Shown here piece after piece: positions 27,791 through 37,152 of a stretch of DNA of 37,990 nucleotides. Position 1 is the first letter of the stretch; each line of letters opens with the position of its first letter. This stretch comes from an uncultured Eubacteriales bacterium (GTDB lineage: Bacteria; Bacillota; Clostridia; Peptostreptococcales; Anaerovoracaceae). A model generated the notes under the pieces. That model saw only the letters and a list, made by a program, of their open reading frames with translations. It had not been told where the DNA came from and made no database searches. The translations under genes and the position numbers were made by a program. Where the stretch lies: NCBI GenBank assembly GCA_902797405.1, contig CADBSP010000123.1, forward strand, positions 1 to 37,990, in the 5' to 3' direction.

Positions 27791-28991
27791 TATCCCCTTC
27801 TCTTCTGAATCCCCTAAGCATGAGCTTGGTTCTGTTTTCGATTGGATTCTCTGTCCTGATTAAATTCAGTTTCTCGTCAACTCTGAATAAAGGGTTTATC
27901 ACATATTCTGTACCATCGAATCCATTTATCTCGCTTATTTCCAATACTTTTCTGGAACCATCACCTAGTCTGGCCAATTGAACCATGATATCTATCGCTT
28001 CAACTATCTGGGCTCTGACAGCATCCATTGGCATTTCAGTTCCGGAGATGTACATGGCTTCCAATCTTCTAAGCATACCTTTGATCGAGTTGCCATGTCC
28101 TGTAGACATTCCACTATGACCGGTGTTCAATGCTTGAAGCATGTCCGACACCTCTTTACCTCTTACTTCTCCTACAATAATTCTGTCCGGTCTCATTCTG
28201 AGTGAAGATCTAATAAGCATGTCCATGGTTACTGAGCCCTGTCCCGCAGAATTGGTGTTCCTGCATTCCATTCTCACCAGATTATCTATGCCATCCATTT
28301 GAAGTTCTGCAGAGTCCTCTATAGTTACAACTCTTTCTCCCTTTGGTATAAGGTCGGATAGCGCATTTAAAAAAGTTGTTTTACCTGACGATGTGCCACC
28401 GGAAACGAAGATATTGTATCCGGACGCAACCAGGGCTTCCAATACTTCTCCTGCCTCCAACGAAAGCTCTCCAGTTTCAATCATCTCCCCGATGGTTATC
28501 TTTCTATGTCTAAATTTTCTTATGGTCAAAGCCGGACCATCCAAAGCCACATTACTTAAGACTGCGTTCACTCTGGAACCATCCTTTAACCTGGCATCCA
28601 AAATTGGATTCATCTCGTTTATCTCTCTTCTTACCGAAGCAGCTATTCTTCTTATGACCTGATCCAACTCCTGGGTGGAATCGAATTCCTCGTCCAACAA
28701 TTCTATCTTCCCATTTCTCTCAACAAATATTCGTTCAGCACCGTTTACCATGATTTCACTTATATCTCCATCCTCCAGAAGATATGATATTGGTCCCAGT
28801 TGTCCTCGCAGTTTTCCATGAATTCTATCCACCATGAATATCAGTCTCCCTAGAGGAATTTCATTTTTATAAATCAATGCCAATTCCTCAATCATCTTTA
28901 ACGCTTCTTCATCGCTGGAGACATCCTTTCTAAGAATAATCTCCGTTGAGTCCTCCATAAGCTTTTTTGCTATTTCTTTTTCTCTATGCAT
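27768..28991 (-). CDS. cpaF: CpaF/TadA pilus assembly ATPase
   Basis: ISEIMVNG, DARL.DGSRVNA, GGTSSGKTT, TIEDSAEL, LRMRPDRIIVGEVRG, NTGH. Confidence 0.93.
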   Translation of the reverse strand: MHREKEIAKKLMEDSTEIILRKDVSSDEEALKMIEELALIYKNEIPLGRLIFMVDRIHGKLRGQLGPISYLLEDGDISEIMVNGAERIFVERNGKIELLDEEFDSTQELDQVIRRIAASVRREINEMNPILDARLKDGSRVNAVLSNVALDGPALTIRKFRHRKITIGEMIETGELSLEAGEVLEALVASGYNIFVSGGTSSGKTTFLNALSDLIPKGERVVTIEDSAELQMDGIDNLVRMECRNTNSAGQGSVTMDMLIRSSLRMRPDRIIVGEVRGKEVSDMLQALNTGHSGMSTGHGNSIKGMLRRLEAMYISGTEMPMDAVRAQIVEAIDIMVQLARLGDGSRKVLEISEINGFDGTEYVINPLFRVDEKLNLIRTENPIENRTKLMLRGFRREGDNAGLQEL

Positions 28992-29964
28992 AATTCCTCC
29001 CTAAAACCTCATCTGCCAGGAAACGAATTTCGTTTCCAAACTCACTATCAATACTTCTATCTGTTATTACTCCGTAATAGGGTATGATTAAATCCTTTAC
29101 CTTCATTTTCTCCGCTATTTTTCTATAACCATCCTCTTCTATCATCCCACTTGCGTCATTTAAAACTTTAACAGTTTTAATTGGACCAAGTCTAAGAAGT
29201 TCTTCTATACAGGGCATTCCATTTTTTATCCATTCCATATTCATTGGAAGCACGCATACTGCCGAATCCATTTTCTTTAATAAGGACGCATGCCTGGAAG
29301 ATAGATGATTACCATAGTCAAATATAAAAACATCAAATCCGGATTCCGCAGCAGCGTCTGTTAATATCTTCAATATGTCATCACTTATTGTTTCCGTATA
29401 ACTGTTGATTACACCGCGTCTTATAAAGCTAACGCCATCGATATTTTCAGCGAATCCTTCGACATTTATTTTCCTTCCCCGCATTACATTAAAGAGTAGG
29501 TTGGCCAAATCCATTTTAGATTCACTCATACCAAGAGTTGATTCATTTAGAGCCAAAGGACTTAGGTCCAAAACCAGGGGCTTATATCCACTTCTGTACA
29601 GAACTTTGGCAATACTTTTAGCTATAAGGCTGGATCCACTTCCTCCTTTTGCAGAATAAACACCTATCCTCTTAATCTTGGTTGCTATACCGAACTGCGG
29701 ACTAAGATTGAAGCCCCTCTCCATCGCATATTCAGCCTCAATCCTAGCCAGCAGTTCAGAAAAGCATTTATCACTATTAACTTTAAGGAGGCGTATATTA
29801 TTATCATCTATCTCCAAAGGCTCGATCTCATCCCATAAAAGCAATACTTCTTCATCGTAATCCTTTAAAACGTTGAATAATCCCGAGTAGATGAGCATTC
29901 CCTTTAGCACTTCTCTAAAGTCTTTATCTTCAATTTTTAATGCACAATTTATTCTGTTTAACAC
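28984..29964 (-). CDS. TadZ/CpaE-like MinD/ParA-superfamily protein
   Basis: Degenerate P-loop SAKGGSGSS, LVLDL, FDVFIFD; first gene before cpaF. GTG at 29964 has SD AGGAG and is preferred over TTG at 30024. Confidence 0.7.
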   Translation of the reverse strand: MLNRINCALKIEDKDFREVLKGMLIYSGLFNVLKDYDEEVLLLWDEIEPLEIDDNNIRLLKVNSDKCFSELLARIEAEYAMERGFNLSPQFGIATKIKRIGVYSAKGGSGSSLIAKSIAKVLYRSGYKPLVLDLSPLALNESTLGMSESKMDLANLLFNVMRGRKINVEGFAENIDGVSFIRRGVINSYTETISDDILKILTDAAAESGFDVFIFDYGNHLSSRHASLLKKMDSAVCVLPMNMEWIKNGMPCIEELLRLGPIKTVKVLNDASGMIEEDGYRKIAEKMKVKDLIIPYYGVITDRSIDSEFGNEIRFLADEVLGRNYA

Positions 29965-29988
29965 TTTCTCTCTCCTGCTGTTTTCGGG

Positions 29989-30017
29989 ATGATAATACTT
30001 TCCCCATACTCGGTCAA
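29989..30017 (-). promoter_or_regulatory. Sigma-A-type promoter of the tad operon
   Basis: TTGACC-17 nt-TATCAT; the spacer contains one TCCCCATAC box. Confidence 0.65.
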
Positions 30018-30211
30018 TCCCCAATTTCGTGTGATTCTTTCCCCATACAAATGGCTATTTTTCAACAAAAAAGAGAGCGGGACTCTCCCCTTACTCTCCC
30101 CATACAGATTTTTGTAGAATAAACAAAACGGCCTCCGCTTTGATATTTCAATCAGCGAAGGCCATCGATATCATTTTCGTTTTTTCCTCTCCCCTTACAA
30201 TCCCCTTTCTT
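30001..30211. repeat. Cluster of TCCCCWTAC direct repeats upstream of the tad operon
   Basis: Exact copies start at 30001, 30040, 30086, 30097 and 30190; degenerate copies at 30018 and 30201; several are 11 or 22 bp apart. Confidence 0.8.
30119..30163 (-). terminator. Intrinsic terminator after the acyl-CoA ligase gene
   Basis: Minus strand GGCCTTCGCT...AGCGGAGGCC followed by GTTTTGTTT. Confidence 0.65.
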
Positions 30212-31976
30212 CCAGTTCTTCAGAAATTTTTACCAATTCATCATTTCTCTTTGTTTTAAGGGTAGTTGTCTTTATTGTGGGTCTATCCGATAAGAAGAAC
30301 TTCTTCACCATCTTATATGATGGCATGGACTTGTTAATCTCTTCTAGATCCTTTTCAAATATATCGTTTAACTGCTCAACAGTTATTCCTTCTTCTTTCA
30401 GATACTCTTCGTCATAAACAACCTTTAACCAAAGCACAACGTCGTTGGCTTTATCTCTGGAGAAAAGCATGCTCTCCGACACATATGGAAGCAGGTTTAC
30501 CAAGGTTTCTATTTCTTCAGGAAATACGTTTTTACCATTCTTCATCACGATTACATTTTTCTTTCGACCTGTAATAAAGAGATATCCGTCCTTATCGAAA
30601 TAGGCCAAATCACCCGTGTGGAACCAGCCATCTTTTATTACTGCATCCGTTGCTTCCTGGTCCTTATAATAACCCAGCATCACGTTGTCACCCTTGGCGC
30701 ATAGTTCACCTATTCCGTCCTCATCCGGATTATCTATCTTGGTTTCAACGAAAGGCATGGTTTTTCCAACAGAACCCGGTCTGACATATCTATAAGTTTC
30801 ACTGGCTATCGTTGGAGATGTCTCTGTAAGACCATATCCGCAAACAGTCAAAATACCAAAGTCGTTAAGCCCCTTACTTACAACAGGATCCAAGGCAGCG
30901 GCACCATTAATAAAGAAGCGCATCCTTCCTCCCATCTGGTCAATGATGGACTTAAATAGTTTACGTCTTAGATAGATATTGAATTTTTCCGAGGTCTCGC
31001 AAATTTTTAATGCCTTTTCAACCTTTGGCCTCATGCCCTGCTTATCGATACCCTTCCAAATCTTGCGATACAGGTTTTCCAAAAGGAGCGGAACGGTCAT
31101 CATTACCGATACACCGTATTCCTGGAAGTTGGCAGAAATGTATTTCAAACCATCGCAGAATACATTCTTTATTCCCTGGGTTATGAATACCAGGAGTCCA
31201 CCCATGCCGAAGACGTGATGCAGAGGAACAAATAGCATAGCAACATCATCCGGAAAGAATAGTTCTTCGCAATCCATATAATATGTGATGCTGCAAAGAT
31301 TTCTGTGGCAAAGCATTACTGCCTTTGATGCCTGAGTTGTTCCTGATGTAAAGAGCAGGAAATTCATCGCATCTCTATCTATTGGAGTATCCAGATAATC
31401 GCGATTTCCTGCTTCAACCAAGGCTTTTCCTCTTCCAACAAGTTCCGACAGAGACTTCCCGTCCTCCGGTATGAAATCAAGCCCAAAAATATCGTGCAGG
31501 AGTCCTGATGTTCCATTCTGTTCTAAGCTCAGTTCCTCCTTTAGTTCTCTAAATATCGGAAATGTTTTCTTGTCACAAAAAACTGCGTTGATTTCTCCTC
31601 TTTCGATAAGCCCCTTTAATTCTTCCTTTTGAAGAAGCTTGTCTAGAGGGACTACGACTCCCAGGCCGCAAGCAGTTGCAAAGTACGAAAGAATCCAATT
31701 ATAGCTATTCTCTCCTATAACGCCGATTCTCTTTCCGGAGTACCCCAATTCCCATAGGGCGGTTCCCAGGTATCCAATCTCATCATGAAATTCTCTGTAT
31801 GTTGTATTTATATAGCTCGTTTCTTTGTTTCCTTCTGAGTCCTTGGTTTTTACCTTTGTAACAAAAGCCGTCTTGTTGGAAAACTTTTGTGCAGAATAGT
31901 GAACCATCTCCCTCAGGTCTTGAAATTCATGGAATTTCTTTTCCAAATAATAATTCTTTTTATAACCGTTAGTCAT
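30195..31976 (-). CDS. Long-chain fatty-acid--CoA ligase (AMP-binding family)
   Basis: LFTSGTT..SKAVML, GYGLTETSP, GDNVMLGYY, GWFHTGDL, GRKKNVIV..NGKNVFPEEIE. Confidence 0.9.
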   Translation of the reverse strand: MTNGYKKNYYLEKKFHEFQDLREMVHYSAQKFSNKTAFVTKVKTKDSEGNKETSYINTTYREFHDEIGYLGTALWELGYSGKRIGVIGENSYNWILSYFATACGLGVVVPLDKLLQKEELKGLIERGEINAVFCDKKTFPIFRELKEELSLEQNGTSGLLHDIFGLDFIPEDGKSLSELVGRGKALVEAGNRDYLDTPIDRDAMNFLLFTSGTTQASKAVMLCHRNLCSITYYMDCEELFFPDDVAMLFVPLHHVFGMGGLLVFITQGIKNVFCDGLKYISANFQEYGVSVMMTVPLLLENLYRKIWKGIDKQGMRPKVEKALKICETSEKFNIYLRRKLFKSIIDQMGGRMRFFINGAAALDPVVSKGLNDFGILTVCGYGLTETSPTIASETYRYVRPGSVGKTMPFVETKIDNPDEDGIGELCAKGDNVMLGYYKDQEATDAVIKDGWFHTGDLAYFDKDGYLFITGRKKNVIVMKNGKNVFPEEIETLVNLLPYVSESMLFSRDKANDVVLWLKVVYDEEYLKEEGITVEQLNDIFEKDLEEINKSMPSYKMVKKFFLSDRPTIKTTTLKTKRNDELVKISEELEERGL

Positions 31977-32005
31977 ATTACAACCTCTCTTTATTTCATA
32001 AATAT

Positions 32006-32034
32006 ACTCTACTCTAAGCGGTCATTTATGTCAA
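32006..32034 (-). promoter_or_regulatory. Sigma-A-type promoter of the acyl-CoA ligase gene
   Basis: TTGACA-17 nt-TAGAGT. Confidence 0.55.
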
Positions 32035-32076
32035 ACAACTAATGTATTTTTTTTACATAAAACGATTATTATTCAA

Positions 32077-32105
32077 TTGATATTTTCAGCTTAAAGTGTT
32101 AGACT
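32077..32105 (+). promoter_or_regulatory. Sigma-A-type promoter of trpS
   Basis: TTGATA-17 nt-TAGACT with an extended TG. Confidence 0.55.
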
Positions 32106-32138
32106 TTTCTCTATAAAAACAAAGGAGTAATTGTTAAT

Positions 32139-33146
32139 ATGTCAGATAATCAAAGATTGAAAAGAGTTTTTTCCGGTGTACAACCGACCGGAAATATACA
32201 TATTGGAAACTACCTTGGAGCACTTCGTCAATTCGTTGAACTTCAGGAAGATCACGACTGCATTTATTGTATAGTTGACGAGCATGCTATTACAGTTCCA
32301 CAGGATCCAAAGGAACTGAGGTCTCATATTTTGGATGTAGCTTCATTATACCTGGCTATCGGAGTCGACCCTAAGAAATCCATCATCTTTGTTCAATCCG
32401 ACGTCCCTGCCCACGCGGAGCTGTCCTGGATTCTCACTTGCAATTCTTACACCGGAGAGCTATTTAGGATGACTCAGTTTAAATCAAAGAGTCAAAACAA
32501 AGAATCCGCCCCTGCAGGTCTTTTAATGTATCCTGTCCTTATGGCCGCAGATATTCTGTTATATGATACCGATGTAGTACCTGTCGGAAATGACCAAAAG
32601 CAGCATATCGAACTGGCCAGAGATATTGCAACCAGAGTGAATAATACCAGAAAGAAAACCTTCGTTGTTCCTGAAGGTCGCTTTATGAAGGAAGGAGCAC
32701 GCATTATGGCGCTGGATGATCCTACCCAGAAAATGAGCAAGTCCGCAGAGAACATCCACAGCAGAATTTCACTTTTAGACGACGAGAATAAAATCAAGAA
32801 ATCCATTATGAAATCAACTACCGATTCCGATGGAACAATCAGATTCGACGTGGAAAACAAACCGGGAGTAAGCAACCTGCTGAACATCTACAGCGTCCTA
32901 TCCGGAAAAACAATTGATGAATTGGTAAGTGAATACGACGGCAAAGGTTATGGAGATTTCAAGAAAGATTTAGTCGATGTAACCATCTCGTCTCTGGCAC
33001 CTATAAAAGAGAAATTTGATGAAATAAGACATTCCGATGAACTTATCGAAATACTAAACGATGGTGCCGAACGCGCCAACGCAATAGCCGTTAGAACCCT
33101 CCAAAGAGTAAAAGACGTTTACGGATTAGGTCTAGGTTCCAAATAA
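32139..33146 (+). CDS. trpS: Tryptophan--tRNA ligase
   Basis: SGVQPTG..HIGNYLGA, YPVLMAADIL, VPVGNDQKQH, KMSKS. Confidence 0.97.
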   Translation: MSDNQRLKRVFSGVQPTGNIHIGNYLGALRQFVELQEDHDCIYCIVDEHAITVPQDPKELRSHILDVASLYLAIGVDPKKSIIFVQSDVPAHAELSWILTCNSYTGELFRMTQFKSKSQNKESAPAGLLMYPVLMAADILLYDTDVVPVGNDQKQHIELARDIATRVNNTRKKTFVVPEGRFMKEGARIMALDDPTQKMSKSAENIHSRISLLDDENKIKKSIMKSTTDSDGTIRFDVENKPGVSNLLNIYSVLSGKTIDELVSEYDGKGYGDFKKDLVDVTISSLAPIKEKFDEIRHSDELIEILNDGAERANAIAVRTLQRVKDVYGLGLGSK

Positions 33147-33691
33147 TAATCCTCATATTTTGTGTTTGGCGGGATCATCATCAGTTCTCCATGCCCTGCC
33201 TGGTAGATGTCTTTGTTTACAAGGGTCCCGTCAAGCCACACATAGGCCAGAAACCTATCATATTTGTCCTTTTTTTCTATATCAAATTCCAACCCGACGG
33301 TTTTACCTTCGATTAGGCTTTTTACGTACTCCGTAGCAAGTCTACCCTCTTCTGTGTTTTTGGATTCATCGTGGCTGACACTTTCCGGGCAATCAATTCC
33401 GATAAGTCTTATTATGTTCTCTCCATCCATATCAAAGTCTTCCGGTATATCCTTTGCTTCTGAATTATTGTCGTTTCCGTTTCCGATAATAAGACTTTGA
33501 TTCTTATCCACATGAAATTTAATAGTATCACCGTCTATTACATATACGACCTTACCGTAAAGAAGGTCGCTCTCTTCAGGCGTTTTAACAGGCTTCTTCA
33601 GAATTAAAATAAGAACAGTAAGAAGAGCTAAAATGATTATTGCAATTAAATACCTGTAGATTTTCTTTTTTTTATATGAACCCCTTTTCAT
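33119..33691 (-). CDS. Membrane-anchored thermonuclease (SNase-like)
   Basis: Basic N-terminus plus TM helix; VIDGDT, IRLIGIDCPE, DKYDRFLAYV, VN motifs. Alternative start at 33706. Confidence 0.88.
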   Translation of the reverse strand: MKRGSYKKKKIYRYLIAIIILALLTVLILILKKPVKTPEESDLLYGKVVYVIDGDTIKFHVDKNQSLIIGNGNDNNSEAKDIPEDFDMDGENIIRLIGIDCPESVSHDESKNTEEGRLATEYVKSLIEGKTVGLEFDIEKKDKYDRFLAYVWLDGTLVNKDIYQAGHGELMMIPPNTKYEDYYLEPRPNP

Positions 33692-33713
33692 AAGTAAAGC
33701 TATCAATCGATAA

Positions 33714-35687
33714 TTACATCCAAGTATCTTTATCTGTTATTATATCGTCCAGCATAACATCGTAGTCTTCCACAGGAACCGTTGGTAATTCCTGCACATC
33801 GAAGGCCACACCTATTTTCTTTGCCTTTTTACATTTTGGGAGAAAACGATCATAATAACCTCCTCCCATGCCCAACCTATTATCATATTCATCGAAGCCT
33901 ACCAAGGGGCATATAACCATATCTATCTCTTCAGGAAGCACTTCTCTTCCCATCTCTCTATTTGGTTCTTTTATACCAAATGGACCTTCTCGCCAAATGG
34001 CCTCACTATCCTTTCCCTGTGCTGCACCACCCGGTTCTATTGCAATCATGTTTTCCTTATCTATGCAAAGAGGATAGACGAAGGTTTTACCTGCTTTATC
34101 AAGATTCAGCTTTTCCAAATAATCCAGTTTTACCTCTCCCTTTGTCCATTTATAAAGCATGATTGTTTTCGCATTTTGGTATTCCGGCATTTCAAATATC
34201 GTCCTGCAGATAGTTTCTGACTTCTCTATTCTTTGTTTTTCCGAAAGTGAATCTCTTTTAGACTTACATATCTTTCTTAACCACCCTTTATATACCTTCA
34301 TAAAGTCGGTACGTACGGCCCCTGCTAAATAAAGTGATCCAAACGCGATTATAGGTTTTCCAAAGCTGGCTGCGATGTCCTTTCCATAATCAAAACTGCA
34401 ATTATCCGAATCTCGATTCTTCGCAATACTTAAATCGAGTGCTGTTTCAATACCCTTTGGAATATTGGAAGCTGCTATTGCTGCTGCACCCTTTGATTGA
34501 ATGAATTCCGCCAGTTTATCTCCGGGAAGAGCTCTATCGCTATTAGGTGTAACACAGACAAAGGTATCCGCATATGGCATCATCATATCGACAATTGTTC
34601 CATAATCCTTATCAGCCAATACGCCCAAAATGAGAATAGGCATTTCATCAGCTAGTAGGTTTGAAATGCTGTCAATCAAAGCCTCCGCGCACTGTGGATT
34701 GTGCCCACCATCCAAAATAAATATCGGGTATTTGCTCAGAACCTCAAACCTGGCCGGCCAAGAGGTCTTAGCGAAACCGCTTCTTATTGCTTCATCATCA
34801 ATCGCATATCCCTTATTCCTTAGTACATTTATGACTTCCAAAACAACAGATGCGTTCTTTAATTGATGCGGGCCAACTAATGGAATCTCGTAGATCTTTT
34901 CATCGCAGGCGATTTTTTTCCCTTCATAGGAAATTGTATGATCTTCTAAATGGCCTTCCGAGGCTTTGTTCTTATAGGAGAATGCTTGTCCATCCAGGCT
35001 CATGCCCAATGGTTCAATCCTGGAAAAATCAACGATACTTAGCGGCACATTTCTTTCGGTGCATATTCTTTCTATAACCTCATTCACTTCCGGTTCACCA
35101 TCATAGCAAACGCAGGTGCAACCTTCTTTTATGATGCCACCCTTTGTTTCTGCAATAATCTCCAGGGTGTCACCCAAATACTCTGTATGCTCCAAGCCAA
35201 TATTTGTTATTACCGCAACCTCAGGTGCATCAATTGCATTGGTGCTATCCAGGGCTCCGCCCATTCCAACCTCCAGAACAACAATGTCGCAATTCTCCTC
35301 GTAGTAATACTGAATGGCGATAGCAGTGACCAATTCAAACTGACTGGGATGATCCTCCATGGAATCGGCTATTTTCTTAACTCTTTCGGTTAGTTCCGCC
35401 AGGCGCTCTCCCGGTATATATTCTCCATTAATCTGAATTCTCTCGTTAAATACTTGAATATACGGTGAAATATATAGGCCGGTTTTATATCCTGCAGCTG
35501 TCAAAATAGACGAAAGCATGGCACATGTACTTCCTTTGCCATTACTTCCTGCAACGTGTACGAATTTAAGTTTCTTTTCAGGATTGTCGAGTCTACGCAA
35601 AAGTTCCTTGGTTCTTTCCAAACCAAGTTTCGTCGTACTCCACCCGTAATTCTCAATATATGAAATTGCTTCTTTTGGAGTCATCAT
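33714..35687 (-). CDS. folC: Fusion of folylpolyglutamate synthase (FolC) and 5-formyltetrahydrofolate cyclo-ligase
   Basis: HVAGSNGKGS, EVGMGGALDSTN, WPARFE, LDGGHNP, GSLYL, then in frame GPFGIKEP, PLVGFD...RLGMGGGYYDRFL. Confidence 0.92.
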   Translation of the reverse strand: MMTPKEAISYIENYGWSTTKLGLERTKELLRRLDNPEKKLKFVHVAGSNGKGSTCAMLSSILTAAGYKTGLYISPYIQVFNERIQINGEYIPGERLAELTERVKKIADSMEDHPSQFELVTAIAIQYYYEENCDIVVLEVGMGGALDSTNAIDAPEVAVITNIGLEHTEYLGDTLEIIAETKGGIIKEGCTCVCYDGEPEVNEVIERICTERNVPLSIVDFSRIEPLGMSLDGQAFSYKNKASEGHLEDHTISYEGKKIACDEKIYEIPLVGPHQLKNASVVLEVINVLRNKGYAIDDEAIRSGFAKTSWPARFEVLSKYPIFILDGGHNPQCAEALIDSISNLLADEMPILILGVLADKDYGTIVDMMMPYADTFVCVTPNSDRALPGDKLAEFIQSKGAAAIAASNIPKGIETALDLSIAKNRDSDNCSFDYGKDIAASFGKPIIAFGSLYLAGAVRTDFMKVYKGWLRKICKSKRDSLSEKQRIEKSETICRTIFEMPEYQNAKTIMLYKWTKGEVKLDYLEKLNLDKAGKTFVYPLCIDKENMIAIEPGGAAQGKDSEAIWREGPFGIKEPNREMGREVLPEEIDMVICPLVGFDEYDNRLGMGGGYYDRFLPKCKKAKKIGVAFDVQELPTVPVEDYDVMLDDIITDKDTWM

Positions 35688-35705
35688 GTCTAAATAAACC
35701 TTGTC

Positions 35706-36236
35706 TTAAATGTTAAGTTCCCTGGATATCCTGGGAAATGCCTTTCCCATTAAATATGTAACTGCTATTTGAACTATAGAAAGGATTACAGCCTGAAAAA
35801 TACGTGTTAAAAACAAAGGCCCATAAGGTGAACCATAGAGAAATGAAATCCAGAACGTATTGACAACAAGCCCTATAATGAACTGATTTATAAGCGTTGG
35901 AATTGCAATCTTTACTATGGATGGGTCTTTCCTAAGAAAGAACCCCCAAATTAGCCCCATTAGAGCTGCCGAAAGCGTAAATCCCGGGAAATATGCTCCT
36001 ATTGGAAATAGGACTGCACCAATAAGATCACCTAGACCTCCAACAAGTGCGGCATGGATAGGACCAAAAAACATAGCTGCAAATACTACGGGAATAAAAC
36101 TAAATCCTATTTTTATATTCCAGGCATTAACTGATAGAAATCTGTTTAGTATGACCTCCATCGCAATAAGCAGGGCCATTATAACTAAAACTTTTGTATT
36201 AATAATGCTTTTATTATCCTTCACTGTTCCACCCAA
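35706..36236 (-). CDS. folT: Folate-family ECF transporter S component
   Basis: Hydrophobic 176 aa; KIGFSFIP, FGP....G...D..G, YFPGFTL, NT.W motifs; folate-gene context. Start could be GTG at 36224. Confidence 0.85.
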   Translation of the reverse strand: MGGTVKDNKSIINTKVLVIMALLIAMEVILNRFLSVNAWNIKIGFSFIPVVFAAMFFGPIHAALVGGLGDLIGAVLFPIGAYFPGFTLSAALMGLIWGFFLRKDPSIVKIAIPTLINQFIIGLVVNTFWISFLYGSPYGPLFLTRIFQAVILSIVQIAVTYLMGKAFPRISRELNI

Positions 36237-36256
36237 TCCAATAGAATAATCTAATT

Positions 36257-37120
36257 CTACACTCTCTTTTCAAAATATCTTTTTGCAGCTGTAACCACAT
36301 GAGAAATAAGTACGCTGGCAGTTACAGTTCCTACACCTCCAGGCACCGGTGTGATTGCTTTTACAATAGGTTCAACGCGTTCGAAATCAACGTCACCGGC
36401 GATACCGTTCTTCTTTTCATCCCAGTTGATACCCACATCAATAATCACTTGATTGGAATTGACATATTTTTCATTAACCATTCCTATACTTCCTGCAGCA
36501 GCAATAATTATATCCGCCTCCTTTGTAATTGAAGGGATGTCAACGGTTCCTGTATGGCAATTAACTACAGTCGCATTTTCATGCATAAGCATCATGGCAA
36601 CCGGTCTTCCGATGACAAGCGACCTTCCTATTACTGCAACCTTCTTGCCTTTAATCGGGATATCATAAAAGCGAAGTAATTCCATGGCTGCTTCCGCAGT
36701 GCATGGAGGATATCCCAATTCCCTGTTCACAAAAACCCCGGCAAGAGATCCATCCGTACATCCATCAATATCCTTTTCAGGCTTAAGCAGTTCTCTGGCA
36801 AGCTCATTATCGAGAGGTTTAGGAAGCGGTCTAAACATCAAAATCCCGTGTATTTCAGGATTCTCGTTTAATTCCATCAGTTTGGAATTAAAGGTTTCCT
36901 GATTAACGCCTTCCTCCAAAGTGAAAACCCTAACCTCAACGCCAACCTTCTCTGCCCTTTTTAAAGCGCTTCTTTCATACGCCAGATCATCCGGCCTTTC
37001 ACCTACCCTAAGTATGGCTAAGGTAGGATTGATGCCCTTGGATTTAAGCGATTCAACCTCTATTCTATTCCTCTCTACCAGCGCTTCTACAACAGGCGCA
37101 CCTTTTAAAATCTCTGCCAT
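36257..37120 (-). CDS. folD: Methylenetetrahydrofolate dehydrogenase (FolD family)
   Basis: KDIDG, PCT, GRSLVIGRP, IDVGIN, GDV, ITPVPGGVG; SD GGAGG before ATG at 37120. Confidence 0.92.
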   Translation of the reverse strand: MAEILKGAPVVEALVERNRIEVESLKSKGINPTLAILRVGERPDDLAYERSALKRAEKVGVEVRVFTLEEGVNQETFNSKLMELNENPEIHGILMFRPLPKPLDNELARELLKPEKDIDGCTDGSLAGVFVNRELGYPPCTAEAAMELLRFYDIPIKGKKVAVIGRSLVIGRPVAMMLMHENATVVNCHTGTVDIPSITKEADIIIAAAGSIGMVNEKYVNSNQVIIDVGINWDEKKNGIAGDVDFERVEPIVKAITPVPGGVGTVTASVLISHVVTAAKRYFEKRV

Positions 37121-37152
37121 GTTTCCTCCAATTGAATAAAGGGTCAAACATA

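Noticed and set aside
29965..30024. TTG start at 30024 for the TadZ-like gene
   Set aside because: It lies upstream of the predicted promoter; GTG at 29964 has an AGGAG SD.
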